In this document: positions 8,377 through 17,740 of the stretch, piece after piece
How positions within the stretch are numbered: position 1 is the stretch's first letter
Layout: the number at the start of each line of letters is the position of its first letter
IMG/VR virus record: IMGVR_UViG_3300014208_000734
Coordinates: 1 to 24,072 of that record
Reading direction: 5' to 3' (one strand)
Length of the DNA stretch: 24,072 nt
DNA from: a virus
Lineage: Duplodnaviria > Caudoviricetes
Position numbers and translations under genes: made by a program
Notes under the pieces: model-generated
Told to the model about the DNA's origin: nothing
The model's database searches: none
The model's input: the letters and a program-made list of their open reading frames with translations, nothing else

Positions 8377-9540
8377 ATGAAAACCAATCAATCACAAAAA
8401 AATATTCCTACGGATTGGCAACAAGTATTACTTGCTGATGTCTGTAAGGTAAACCAAGGATTACAGATACCAATTTCTGAGCGTTTTACCGTACCAAGTA
8501 AAAACAGAAAAGTATACATTACAACTCAATATTTAAATGGAAAAAGTGAAACTGAATATATTGAGGGTTTTTCTGATAGTGTAGTTTGTACAAAGGATGA
8601 AATTTTAATGACTAGGACTGGCAATAGTGGGATTGTAGTAACTGGAGTTGAAGGAGTTTTTCATAATAACTTTTTTAAAGTAAAACCATTTAAAAACATA
8701 ACCCATAAATTATTAGTCTATAATTTGTTATCTCCATATATTCAATACAAGTTATTAAAACTTGCTGGTGCTAGTACTATTCCAGATCTAAATCATGGTG
8801 ACTTTTATTCAATAGATTTATTACTTCCACCTCTATCTGAACAAAATCGTATCGTTTCAGTTCTTGAAACTTGGGACAAATCAATTGAAAAACTTACACA
8901 GAAAATTAAAACAAAGAAACAAGTTAAAAAATATTTGATGTGGGATCTATTAATGGGAAAGAAGCAACTGGGTGGATTTAAGGATAAGTGGCAAACATTC
9001 GAGATTGGTGAGTTGCTAGATTATGAACAACCCTCAGATTATATTGTCAGCGATACAGATTACAGCGATGAATACAAAACCCCTGTACTAACAGCAAACA
9101 AAGGATTTGTTCTTGGTTACACAAACGAAACCGAAGGTATCTATAAAAATACTCCAGTGATTATCTTTGATGACTTTACAATGGATAACAAGTTCGTTGA
9201 TTTTGAATTTAAGGTTAAGTCATCTGCAATAAAGATACTCACTCCAAAAAATAAAGATGTAAATCTTAGGTTCGTATTCGAAAGACTCCAATTGATTAAT
9301 ATCGTTATTGGAGAACATAGGCGACATTACTTATCTGAGTATCAATACATAACAATAGATATACCAAATATTAAAGAACAAAATGCTATTGAGAATATAC
9401 TAACCACTGCCGACAAGGAAATCACTGAACTAGAAAAGAAGTTATCAATCATTAAAGAACAGAAACGATACCTACTCAATAATCTCATTACTGGCACAAT
9501 TCGTACACCAGAAACATTATCAACCAACTTAACCAAATAA
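8377..9540 (+). CDS. hsdS: Type I R-M specificity subunit, two TRDs (alternative start 8365)
   Basis: IPTDWQ start; two TRDs each followed by the conserved LPPLSEQNRI / IPNIKEQNAI motif and helical spacer; ends LLNNLITG. Confidence 0.93.
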   Translation: MKTNQSQKNIPTDWQQVLLADVCKVNQGLQIPISERFTVPSKNRKVYITTQYLNGKSETEYIEGFSDSVVCTKDEILMTRTGNSGIVVTGVEGVFHNNFFKVKPFKNITHKLLVYNLLSPYIQYKLLKLAGASTIPDLNHGDFYSIDLLLPPLSEQNRIVSVLETWDKSIEKLTQKIKTKKQVKKYLMWDLLMGKKQLGGFKDKWQTFEIGELLDYEQPSDYIVSDTDYSDEYKTPVLTANKGFVLGYTNETEGIYKNTPVIIFDDFTMDNKFVDFEFKVKSSAIKILTPKNKDVNLRFVFERLQLINIVIGEHRRHYLSEYQYITIDIPNIKEQNAIENILTTADKEITELEKKLSIIKEQKRYLLNNLITGTIRTPETLSTNLTK

Positions 9541-9544
9541 ATAT

Positions 9545-12500
9545 ATGTCACTAATAAATGTAAATTTTGATGAAGCTCGACAATCACAGCTCCCACTGGT
9601 AGAGATTCTCTTGAATATGGGTTATACATATGTTTCTACTGAGGAAGCACTGCGACAGCGTGGTGATACTTCAAACTTCATCCTTGCAGATATCGCAACA
9701 GAAAAGCTGATGGAAATAAATGGTTATGATATTGATGGAACTGAGTACAAATTTAGCGAGAAAGATGTTCGAGATGCTATTGATGAGCTTGAGCATATCC
9801 AATACGAAGGTCTCATAGATACGGCACAAAAGATTTATAACACCATAATGCCAACAAGCGGAGGTAAGACTATAAAAGTTAGTCATGGCGGAAAAAAGGT
9901 TTCAAAGAATTTTAAGTTTATAGACTTCGAGAATATTGGAAACAACGCTTTTCATGTATCTGTAGAATTTGTAGCTAGTGGTAAGCAAAACATTCGCCCT
10001 GATATTGTCTGTTTTGTAAACGGTATTCCTTTTGCAGTGATTGAGAATAAGAAGTCTGGGGTAGATGTAAAAGAAGCTATTAATCAAATGAATCGTAATC
10101 AGGGTCCAGAATTCTGCCCAAAGCTTTTCACTTATACTCAGCTCCTTGTTGCCACCAACGGTAAAGAATTGCAGTACGGAACGACTGGTACACCAAATAA
10201 GTTCTATGCTGTTTGGAAAGAAAAAGGTACTGATTTAGAAACATTGAACAACACAATCTCTAATCTCATTCAAAAACCAATTGAAATATCTGTGTATACA
10301 CAAATACTGAAAGACCTTAATGGGTATACTGATGGACACAAGCAAAAAACAGACCGCCTCCCTACAGAACAAGACCGTGGCATATTTTCACTTTTTGAAC
10401 CAAAGCGTCTTTTGGATCTTACTAAGAACTACATTCTCTTTGATGCAGGAGTGAAAAAACTATCACGCTACCAACAATATTTTGCTATTCATAAAATGCT
10501 TAAGCGTGTGGAAGAGGAAGAAGTAACTGACCACGGAATCACTCGCCGAAAAGGTGGGCTTGTTTGGCACACTCAAGGATCTGGTAAATCTCTCACTATG
10601 GTTATGTTCGTGAAGGCTCTTATTGAAGACCCTCATATTCTTAATCCTCGAGTTATTATCGTTACCGACCGTCGAGACTTGGATAAACAAATTAAAGATA
10701 CATTCAACAACTGCAATCTAAAAAAAGAAGTTGTTCAGGCAACGAGTGGTCAAAACCTGATTGATCTTATTAAAGAAAAAGATTTGTCAGTTGTTACAAC
10801 CCTTGTCCAAAAATTTGAATCAGCCGCGAAAAAGAGCGTTGGTTTTGTAGACAATGATAAAAATATCTTTGTTCTTATTGATGAAGCACACAGAAGTCAA
10901 AATGGAATGGCAAACTTTGAAATGAATCGAATCATTCCAAATGCATGTTATATCGGATTTACTGGTACTCCGCTCATGAAGAAAGACAGAGAGAGTTGGA
11001 AGAAGTTCGGAGACTATATTGATAAATATACGATTGACGATGCTCTCGCTGACAACATCATTCTTCCTCTCATCTACGAGGGTCGCTATGTTGACCTTAT
11101 TCAAAATGCAGAACAGATTGATCGACATGTTGAACGAATCACAGAAGGTCTAAACGATAAACAAAAGAAAGAACTACAGCGATATGTTGGGAGTAAAATA
11201 ATCAAAGACAACCCTCAGCGTATTGTTGAGATTGCTTATGATATTGAAAAACACTTTATCAACAATTTTCAAAATACAGGACTTAAAGCTCAAATTGTTG
11301 CCCCATCAAAATACTCAGCAATTCTTTTCCAAAAGTTCTTTGAGACTCGTGGAAATATTCGCACTGCAGTAATAATCTCAGATGAACATGAGGATGGAGA
11401 CGAAGAAAATCTACACAAGAAAGAAGTTGTCGGATATTTGGAAGGTGTTCGCAAAAACCATAGTAGCGTCGATAAATACGAGAAGGATGTCGTTGAGAGT
11501 TTTAAATATAACGATGAAGGAATCGAGGTTATTATTGTTGTAGATAAACTACTCACAGGATTTGATGCACCACGAAACACGGTCTTATATCTCGCTAAGG
11601 ACTTAAGAGACCACAACTTGCTCCAAGCTATTGCTCGTGTAAATCGTTTGTTTGAGAACAAGAAAGAGAAACCAAAAACTGCAGGATATATCATGGACTA
11701 TTCAGAGAACGCCAAGAATATAGATACTGCCATGAAGCTCTTTGGTAACTATGACGAGAATGACGTAAGAGGAACTCTTATTGATGTCGCTGATAAAATA
11801 CAAGACCTTGAGCAGAGCTACGGAACAGTTCATGACTTATTCAATGAAATAAAAGGATCAAGTGACGATGAGGTGTATTTACAATTTCTTGCAGATCAAC
11901 CAAAGCGTGAGACATTCTACAAGACCCTTAATGCGTTCATAAAAAACTTGAACGAGTGCTTTGTGTTACAAGATTTTGTTCATGAATTTAAGCACCTAGA
12001 TCTTTACAAGAAAGAGCTCAAGAAGTTCTTGGAACTTCGTAAGTCTGCGAGTTTGAAATATGCTGACCGTGTCGATCTCCTAGAATACAAGCAGTCACTC
12101 ATTAATATCCTTGATAAGTATGTTGATGCTCGTGGAGTTGAATTACTTACAAAGCAGGTAAATATAACTGATAAAGCTCAATTTGAAGAAGCTGTTGCTA
12201 ATCTTGGTTCTGATAAATCAAAAGCAGAAGCAATAGCAGCACAGACAGAAAGAACTATTACAGAAAAAATGGATACGGACCCTGAGTTCTATGAAAAGTT
12301 TTCGAAAAAGATTTCAGAGATTCTTGAAAAGATGAGACAAGGTAAACTCGCTGACGTAGAGGCATTAAAGCAAATGAAACTTATTAGTGATGGTGTTGTA
12401 AACAAGAAAGATGAAAGTCTTCCAGAAAAGATTGAAGCTAACAAAGGGTCAGATGTATTTTATCGTAACTTACGAACAGAACTTGAAAACTTAAATCTAA

Positions 12501-12736
12501 GTGAGGATATGTATATAACTACTATCCTTAATATTTTCACAATCATTAAGAATGAGGCTATAGTTGACTGGTATAAGAATATGGATGTTAAACGAAAGAT
12601 GCGAAATAGTATTGATGATTATCTTTATGATGTTGTTAAGGGCGAAAAAGGTATAGATATTGATAATGACCAGATTAAGGTTGTTATTGATGTGGCGATG
12701 CAATTAGCAGAAAATAACTTTGATCTATTCTTATAA
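9545..12736 (+). CDS. hsdR: Type I R-M restriction subunit
   Basis: 1063 aa; nuclease motif RPDIVCFVNGIPFAVIENK, Walker A WHTQGSGKS, DEAH box, GFTGTP, LLTGFDAP, QAIARVNR. Confidence 0.97.
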   Translation: MSLINVNFDEARQSQLPLVEILLNMGYTYVSTEEALRQRGDTSNFILADIATEKLMEINGYDIDGTEYKFSEKDVRDAIDELEHIQYEGLIDTAQKIYNTIMPTSGGKTIKVSHGGKKVSKNFKFIDFENIGNNAFHVSVEFVASGKQNIRPDIVCFVNGIPFAVIENKKSGVDVKEAINQMNRNQGPEFCPKLFTYTQLLVATNGKELQYGTTGTPNKFYAVWKEKGTDLETLNNTISNLIQKPIEISVYTQILKDLNGYTDGHKQKTDRLPTEQDRGIFSLFEPKRLLDLTKNYILFDAGVKKLSRYQQYFAIHKMLKRVEEEEVTDHGITRRKGGLVWHTQGSGKSLTMVMFVKALIEDPHILNPRVIIVTDRRDLDKQIKDTFNNCNLKKEVVQATSGQNLIDLIKEKDLSVVTTLVQKFESAAKKSVGFVDNDKNIFVLIDEAHRSQNGMANFEMNRIIPNACYIGFTGTPLMKKDRESWKKFGDYIDKYTIDDALADNIILPLIYEGRYVDLIQNAEQIDRHVERITEGLNDKQKKELQRYVGSKIIKDNPQRIVEIAYDIEKHFINNFQNTGLKAQIVAPSKYSAILFQKFFETRGNIRTAVIISDEHEDGDEENLHKKEVVGYLEGVRKNHSSVDKYEKDVVESFKYNDEGIEVIIVVDKLLTGFDAPRNTVLYLAKDLRDHNLLQAIARVNRLFENKKEKPKTAGYIMDYSENAKNIDTAMKLFGNYDENDVRGTLIDVADKIQDLEQSYGTVHDLFNEIKGSSDDEVYLQFLADQPKRETFYKTLNAFIKNLNECFVLQDFVHEFKHLDLYKKELKKFLELRKSASLKYADRVDLLEYKQSLINILDKYVDARGVELLTKQVNITDKAQFEEAVANLGSDKSKAEAIAAQTERTITEKMDTDPEFYEKFSKKISEILEKMRQGKLADVEALKQMKLISDGVVNKKDESLPEKIEANKGSDVFYRNLRTELENLNLSEDMYITTILNIFTIIKNEAIVDWYKNMDVKRKMRNSIDDYLYDVVKGEKGIDIDNDQIKVVIDVAMQLAENNFDLFL

Positions 12737-12740
12737 TTAT

Positions 12741-13448
12741 ATGAAGGAATTCATTTTTGGAACATTTATATATGAATACCAACTTATAAAACAAGATCGT
12801 AAGACTCTCTCCCTCACTGTCACTCCAGACCTTAATATTATTGTTAAGTGTTCACATAATACAGACAATGAAAGAATAGAGAACTTTCTGAAAAAAAAGT
12901 GGTTCTGGTTAGAGAAGCAACTTTCATTCTTCAAGAAATACCAAAGAAAAGTCTATGAGAAAGAATATATTTCAGGTGAGGGTTATCTATACCTTGGTAG
13001 ACAGTACAAATTAATAGTTAAACGGGCTAAAGAAGATAGTGTGTCACTTACACGAGGACTATTAACTGTTTACACAACAAAAGAAGTTGCTAACAGTCGC
13101 CATAACAAGAAACTTATTGATTCGTGGTTTGAAACAAAAACAAAACTTGTCTTTCAAGATAGATTCAAAGAAATGCTTAATAAATTTGAATACAAAAATA
13201 CACCACTGTTGGCTATTCGAGAAATGAAGAAACGTTGGGGTAGTTTTTTAAACAAAGATAAAATCTTTCTAAATCCTAAACTGATCCACACTTCAAAAGA
13301 TTGTATTGATTATGTAATCGTCCACGAACTATGTCATTTAAAGTATAAAAAACACAATACAAAGTTTTGGCAGTTACTCGATGAAAAATACCCTAAATGG
13401 GAAAGAATCAAAGATAAACTTGAAACATTGGGAGCTGGGTTGTTTTAA
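12741..13448 (+). CDS. M48/YgjP (DUF45)-like zinc metalloprotein typical downstream of hsdR
   Basis: YLYLGRQY, MKKRWGS, IDYVIVHELCH (HExxH), H...FW; ATG 12741 lies 4 nt after the hsdR stop. Confidence 0.9.
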   Translation: MKEFIFGTFIYEYQLIKQDRKTLSLTVTPDLNIIVKCSHNTDNERIENFLKKKWFWLEKQLSFFKKYQRKVYEKEYISGEGYLYLGRQYKLIVKRAKEDSVSLTRGLLTVYTTKEVANSRHNKKLIDSWFETKTKLVFQDRFKEMLNKFEYKNTPLLAIREMKKRWGSFLNKDKIFLNPKLIHTSKDCIDYVIVHELCHLKYKKHNTKFWQLLDEKYPKWERIKDKLETLGAGLF

Positions 13449-13464
13449 TTATTTATAAGTATGT

Positions 13465-14670
13465 ATGAACGATTTTTTTGTAAAAGTAGGTAAAGAAAAG
13501 ATTAAAATCGACAAGAGGACATTCTTGGTGCTTTTAGATTTATCTCCAATTAAACAATATGTTTCCTATCAAAATGCTGTAGCCATTAATGAAATAAAAT
13601 TTGCAGATTTAAAAGAACTCTCTTCTAAGGCTAATATTCCTTACCCGTTATTTTTTGCCACAAAAACAATAATTGATATTCATATAAAAGACAAAGCAAA
13701 GAGCTTGTTTGAAAAACTACCAAGTAAGACAGAGATGCAACTCAATTCTCGAGGAAAAATGAGACTTGAGGACATCGAACTTATTGTTAAGGATTTAGGC
13801 AGAAAACAGGAATTTTTGAAGAATAGAATTCTTACTACGTCCAAAGACAACTCATTTGTGGGATTAGTTGCAAAAAAATTAAAAGAAAAAAAACAGAATT
13901 ATGAATTAGCAGATGATATCCGTAGTCGTCTTGGCGTTGATCTTTCTGTTATAAGAAAAATATCAAAGGAAGATGTTTTACAATATTTATGTGACAAATC
14001 AGAAGAGCAAGGAGTTCTTGTATCATTTAGTTCATATGACTATATGCCACAAAATATAGATAAGGAGCTTGGAGTAAGTGGTTTTTGTGTTAAGGATAAA
14101 AAATTTCCATATGTATTTATAAACACAAGAGATGGTGATGAAAATCCAAAGATTCTAGAAACTTCGGGGAGACAGATATTTACGCTTGTAGCAATGCTTG
14201 TTTGTATAGCAATGAATAAATTTATATTTAGTACAAAGAAGGAACAAACAAAATCTGATGAGACCAAAAAGATTTTTTCTATAGTTGGTGAATTACTTAT
14301 CCCCAAAAAAGACGCTGAATCCATCACAATATCTTCACTTGAGGACCTAAAAGAAGGGGCACGATTTTTTAAAGTAACTCCGAGTATGCTATTGGTTCGT
14401 CTCAGAGAACTTCGGTTGATTGATAAACCAACCGCAGATCGTTTTCGTGAAACTCTTAGAGAAGAAATTAAAAAAGTTTCTTCTGGTCATCTACGAAGAC
14501 CACTACAAATAACAGGTTACAGTAAATATAATGGTACAAGATTCTCAAGAGAGGTTGTACGGGCACATGCTGGTGGAAAAATCTCAGCAGAAGAAGTGAG
14601 GAATGTTCTTTTTAGAAAAGGAAAAATGGACCCTAGATTATTCCAAGAATATAGTGAAAAATTTAAATAA
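13465..14670 (+). CDS. ImmA/IrrE (M78)-like protein with degenerate metal-binding motif
   Basis: 401 aa; HTH-like N-terminal segment (LKELSSKANIPYPLFF), SGFCV....PYVFINTRD, RQIFTL followed by VAMLVC instead of xHExxH, ELLIP, FKVTPSMLLVRL. Confidence 0.65.
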   Translation: MNDFFVKVGKEKIKIDKRTFLVLLDLSPIKQYVSYQNAVAINEIKFADLKELSSKANIPYPLFFATKTIIDIHIKDKAKSLFEKLPSKTEMQLNSRGKMRLEDIELIVKDLGRKQEFLKNRILTTSKDNSFVGLVAKKLKEKKQNYELADDIRSRLGVDLSVIRKISKEDVLQYLCDKSEEQGVLVSFSSYDYMPQNIDKELGVSGFCVKDKKFPYVFINTRDGDENPKILETSGRQIFTLVAMLVCIAMNKFIFSTKKEQTKSDETKKIFSIVGELLIPKKDAESITISSLEDLKEGARFFKVTPSMLLVRLRELRLIDKPTADRFRETLREEIKKVSSGHLRRPLQITGYSKYNGTRFSREVVRAHAGGKISAEEVRNVLFRKGKMDPRLFQEYSEKFK

Positions 14671-14672
14671 AT

Positions 14673-15071
14673 ATGAGATACCTACTTGATACACATACCC
14701 TAACTAATCAATTAATGAGAAGTCCTCAAAAAAGGAGCGACTTATTTGTTATTGATGAAGTTGCAGATGAATATGCATTTGTTAAATCTGAAATCTTGAA
14801 GATAACTAGTGCAGGAATTTCTGTTATTGATATTACAAAAAAGCATCTGGAAAAACTTAAGGAGATCATGGCTACTCACGGTTCTAATCTAAAGCTAATT
14901 AGATTATGTACAGGTAAAGGTTCTGCTGATGTTTTAATGTTGTCATATATTATCTCTGAAAGAGATTGCCCAGAAAGTCTTTTTACTGATGAATATACTC
15001 TAGTGACAAGAGATAAAGAATTAACATCTATAGCAAAATTATATAATATAAAAACACTAACTAATTTGTAG
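14673..15071 (+). CDS. PIN-domain-like protein (DUF4411-like putative RNase toxin)
   Basis: 132 aa; N-terminal YLLDT, V.DE, SADVLMLS, LVTRDKEL match the acidic PIN pattern. Confidence 0.72.
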   Translation: MRYLLDTHTLTNQLMRSPQKRSDLFVIDEVADEYAFVKSEILKITSAGISVIDITKKHLEKLKEIMATHGSNLKLIRLCTGKGSADVLMLSYIISERDCPESLFTDEYTLVTRDKELTSIAKLYNIKTLTNL

Positions 15072-15090
15072 TTTTTAGCTGTTGATAACC
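15070..15090. repeat. Right copy of 21-bp inverted repeat (partner 4370-4390)
   Basis: AGTTTTTAGCTGTTGATAACC, overlapping the PIN gene stop codon. Confidence 0.75.
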
Positions 15091-15122
15091 AAGCTACACA
15101 AATATCTAAATCTAAGCTAGTA

Positions 15123-15151
15123 TACACAGACCTTACAAAATAAGGTATAAT
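15123..15151 (+). promoter_or_regulatory. Candidate sigma70 promoter for the structured RNA
   Basis: Perfect TATAAT at 15146-15151 with weak -35 TACACA 17 bp upstream. Confidence 0.45.
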
Positions 15152-15174
15152 TGTTTTACAACTTAATAAGAATC

Positions 15175-15343
15175 GCCTAAACCCCCTACGGGGCATGGTG
15201 AAAAGTCCAGTTAGACATAAAGAACCCATCATATGGGGTGTCTAACTGGCTATATCTGGAAACGGATATAAGAGACTTCGGTCTCTACCTATGTGGTGGG
15301 CTTTTTGCGTCTTACCCTAGGACTTATTACTAATACGCAAAAA
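15175..15343 (+). ncRNA. Unclassified structured RNA (multi-hairpin leader or sRNA)
   Basis: CCC-UACG-GGG; 11-bp stem 15207-15217/15239-15249 with inner CCCAU/AUGGG; 8-bp GAAA hairpin 15251-15270; AGAGAC-UUCG-GUCUCU 15271-15286; closing stem 15201-15209/15297-15305. Confidence 0.7.
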
Positions 15344-15349
15344 TATTTT

Positions 15350-15805
15350 ATGGATAATCAAAAAGTTTGGGAGAAAACATTGAGTAATGATGAAAAAGTT
15401 GAATTTGAATTTTCAATAGGTAAAGGATACACCAAAGCTTGGTTGATAGTATGGGGAATTATAAGTTTTCCCCTTTTGTTCTCTTTTGGTCTCGGTATTA
15501 TAGTTTTTTTAATCGCTCTATTTTATTTTAAATATTATCTAAAAGTATCAAATGCTTATGCTTTTACAAATAAGCGTGTACTAATACATCGTGGTTGGCT
15601 ATCTACTCATACAACCAGTATTGATTATCAAAAAATTACAGATGTCCACATTCGTGAACCATTCTTTGATAGAGTTATCACTCATACAGGAAGTATCGCT
15701 ATCAATACAGCAGGATCAGGAAGTCTCGAAGTTATTTTAAGAAACGTAGAAGCACCATATGAAATTAAGAAGCGTCTTGATGCTTTAAAGGATAAATTAA
15801 GCTAA
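15350..15805 (+). CDS. Membrane protein with bacterial PH domain (bPH_2 / YdbS-like)
   Basis: 151 aa from ATG 15350; two TM helices followed by YAFTNKRVLIHRGWLS...I.YQKITDV......DR....GSI.INTAG. Confidence 0.8.
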   Translation: MDNQKVWEKTLSNDEKVEFEFSIGKGYTKAWLIVWGIISFPLLFSFGLGIIVFLIALFYFKYYLKVSNAYAFTNKRVLIHRGWLSTHTTSIDYQKITDVHIREPFFDRVITHTGSIAINTAGSGSLEVILRNVEAPYEIKKRLDALKDKLS

Positions 15806-15812
15806 TAATTTT

Positions 15813-16292
15813 ATGTTTAATTGGTTTAAAACAAAACCTATTATAGATATAAAAATTAATGAGGGAAAAATTAAATGCCCTTATTGCTCTATAGAACTTG
15901 AAAAAATACCCGTCCGTAAAAGTAAATGTAAATCATGTAAGCAAACAATTTATATAAGGACAAATTACTTAACAAGTAAAAAATTACTTTTATCTGAAAA
16001 TGATGCAACTATATTTGATATCAAAGAACAAAAAGAGGAATTGAATGATTTGAGAATTTCAAACAGAAAAACATTGAGAGAATATAGGAAAAGTGATTTT
16101 ATTACCAAAGTAGAAATACTAACTGCTGGCGATAGTAGTTGTGAACATTGTAAAGAACTTAATGGAAAAATAATTGAGATCAATGAAGCCCTAGAGAGTG
16201 ATTTACTTCCATGTAAAGAATGCACATATAAGATAAACTCAAAACTAGCAACTGGATGGTGCCGTTGCTGTTATGCTCCTCATGTTGAATAA
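15813..16292 (+). CDS. Cys-rich zinc-ribbon hypothetical protein
   Basis: 159 aa; CPYC, CKSC, D..CEHC, CKEC, WCRCC. Confidence 0.7.
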   Translation: MFNWFKTKPIIDIKINEGKIKCPYCSIELEKIPVRKSKCKSCKQTIYIRTNYLTSKKLLLSENDATIFDIKEQKEELNDLRISNRKTLREYRKSDFITKVEILTAGDSSCEHCKELNGKIIEINEALESDLLPCKECTYKINSKLATGWCRCCYAPHVE

Positions 16293-16294
16293 AT

Positions 16295-17740
16295 CTATCC
16301 AAAAAGCACACCCTGCTTTTTACCATACTTTTCAATAATCTTAATCATTGAAATTGAAAATGCATCAGCAAGATCATCGTGGTTCTCTTTTCCGAAGCCA
16401 ACAAGTTCATCAATAATTTCATCGCAACCTGTTCTTGGAAAGAACACCTGTTTTTTCTTCATCGGAACTGCTGCGATTCTAAGTCTAGAAGCTTTATCGG
16501 TGATGCTTGGTACCCCAGTAATACCATAGTTGTCTTCCTTTGCGAGTTCAACAATAGCATCCTGCATACCGTTGTTTTCCATAAAAACTTTGACTGGTAC
16601 TTTATTCATCTGTTCTGCGGAGACAATATTTTTTAGATGTTCGAGTAGTTCCTTTATACCAACTTTTGAATGAAAAGGGTGTGGGCGGATAAATACTCGC
16701 AGATCATCTCCGCTATTGTAAACATATTTTGTAACAATGGCTGGAAAGTCGGCACTTGCTTTCTGTGAGATGGCTAGATCTACTCCGATGCAAATACACA
16801 CGGGCTTTCCCTTAGGAAGCTCATCGTACCACTGAATATCATTCATTGTGACAATCTGCTCATCACTAGATACAATTATCAGCATGAATTCTCGTTGCCA
16901 AGCAATTTCATTTAGAGTTTTTTCATGTTCTTCTTCTATCGACTCGGGGGTTGGATATCTACTAGGCCATAATGGGTAGCCTTTACTATCAACAATTGGA
17001 TATTCACGGTATATAGCATTCATCCTTTTTAGATTGCCATTTTCTATCTTTTTCTCTAGACGTTTTAATACACAATCTTCGTGCAGTAAGTTACCTATAG
17101 CAATGATACGGGTCTTGCTGGTACCTGCGGGAATGATATCGCCAGTTAACCAATCAAAGGTTTTATTGCGACCCTCTTTTGTTTTAACTGAATCCAAGTC
17201 GTCTATGTCATCTAGAATAATAAGGTCAGGACGATGTTGGTTATGACGCATACCACGAATACTTTGACCGACAGAGCAGATCATTATCTTTACATCCATT
17301 CTTTTTATTATCAAAGCTGTAGCATTACCAAGATTATTTTTCTCTTCTTCGAATGGTCCTAAGTCTTTCTTGAGCAATTCATTGCTTAGAAGTTGTTCCT
17401 TAATATTATTTAAGTGTTGTCTGGCTTTTACTTCTGTCTGTGAGCAAATAATGATACATTTTTTCTGTTGGATACCTAGGACGGACCACAAAACATACGC
17501 CGTAGTAACTATGGTTGATTTAGCTGAGCCACGAAAGGCGGCAAAAACAGCAATTTTATTTTTCTCACTCTGAAGAATACGCAACATTTCTTCTTGGAAT
17601 AATGCTGTTTTAAATTTGATATATTGGTTCAGATAAATCGGAAAGAAGAATTCTAAACTTTTCCTAACAACTTCTTGTCGAAACCTTTGATCCTTTAACA
17701 CACGCTCAAATATTTCTTCAAGTTCTTTTTTCTTTTTCAT
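16295..17740 (-). CDS. terL: Phage terminase large subunit
   Basis: 481 aa; Walker A AFRGSAKST, Walker B PDLIILDD, nuclease IGVDLA, C-terminal HDDLADA. Confidence 0.9.
   Translation of the reverse strand: MKKKKELEEIFERVLKDQRFRQEVVRKSLEFFFPIYLNQYIKFKTALFQEEMLRILQSEKNKIAVFAAFRGSAKSTIVTTAYVLWSVLGIQQKKCIIICSQTEVKARQHLNNIKEQLLSNELLKKDLGPFEEEKNNLGNATALIIKRMDVKIMICSVGQSIRGMRHNQHRPDLIILDDIDDLDSVKTKEGRNKTFDWLTGDIIPAGTSKTRIIAIGNLLHEDCVLKRLEKKIENGNLKRMNAIYREYPIVDSKGYPLWPSRYPTPESIEEEHEKTLNEIAWQREFMLIIVSSDEQIVTMNDIQWYDELPKGKPVCICIGVDLAISQKASADFPAIVTKYVYNSGDDLRVFIRPHPFHSKVGIKELLEHLKNIVSAEQMNKVPVKVFMENNGMQDAIVELAKEDNYGITGVPSITDKASRLRIAAVPMKKKQVFFPRTGCDEIIDELVGFGKENHDDLADAFSISMIKIIEKYGKKQGVLFG

Noticed and set aside
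4970-9524. 13-bp direct repeat AAACATTATCAAC near the ends of both S genes (4970-4982, 9512-9524) as a TRD shuffling site
   Set aside because: The copies are in different reading frames and lie after the TRDs; a 13-mer match is plausible by chance in AT-rich DNA.
15304-15320. TTTGCGTC-T-TACCCTAG resembling parts of the 4311-4327 site
   Set aside because: One 8-mer is inverted and the other direct; too short and inconsistent to call a third recombination site.
14876-15349. Minus-strand 118-aa ORF and the GTG start at 15293
   Set aside because: Both run through the structured RNA or antisense to the PIN gene and show no protein-like motifs.
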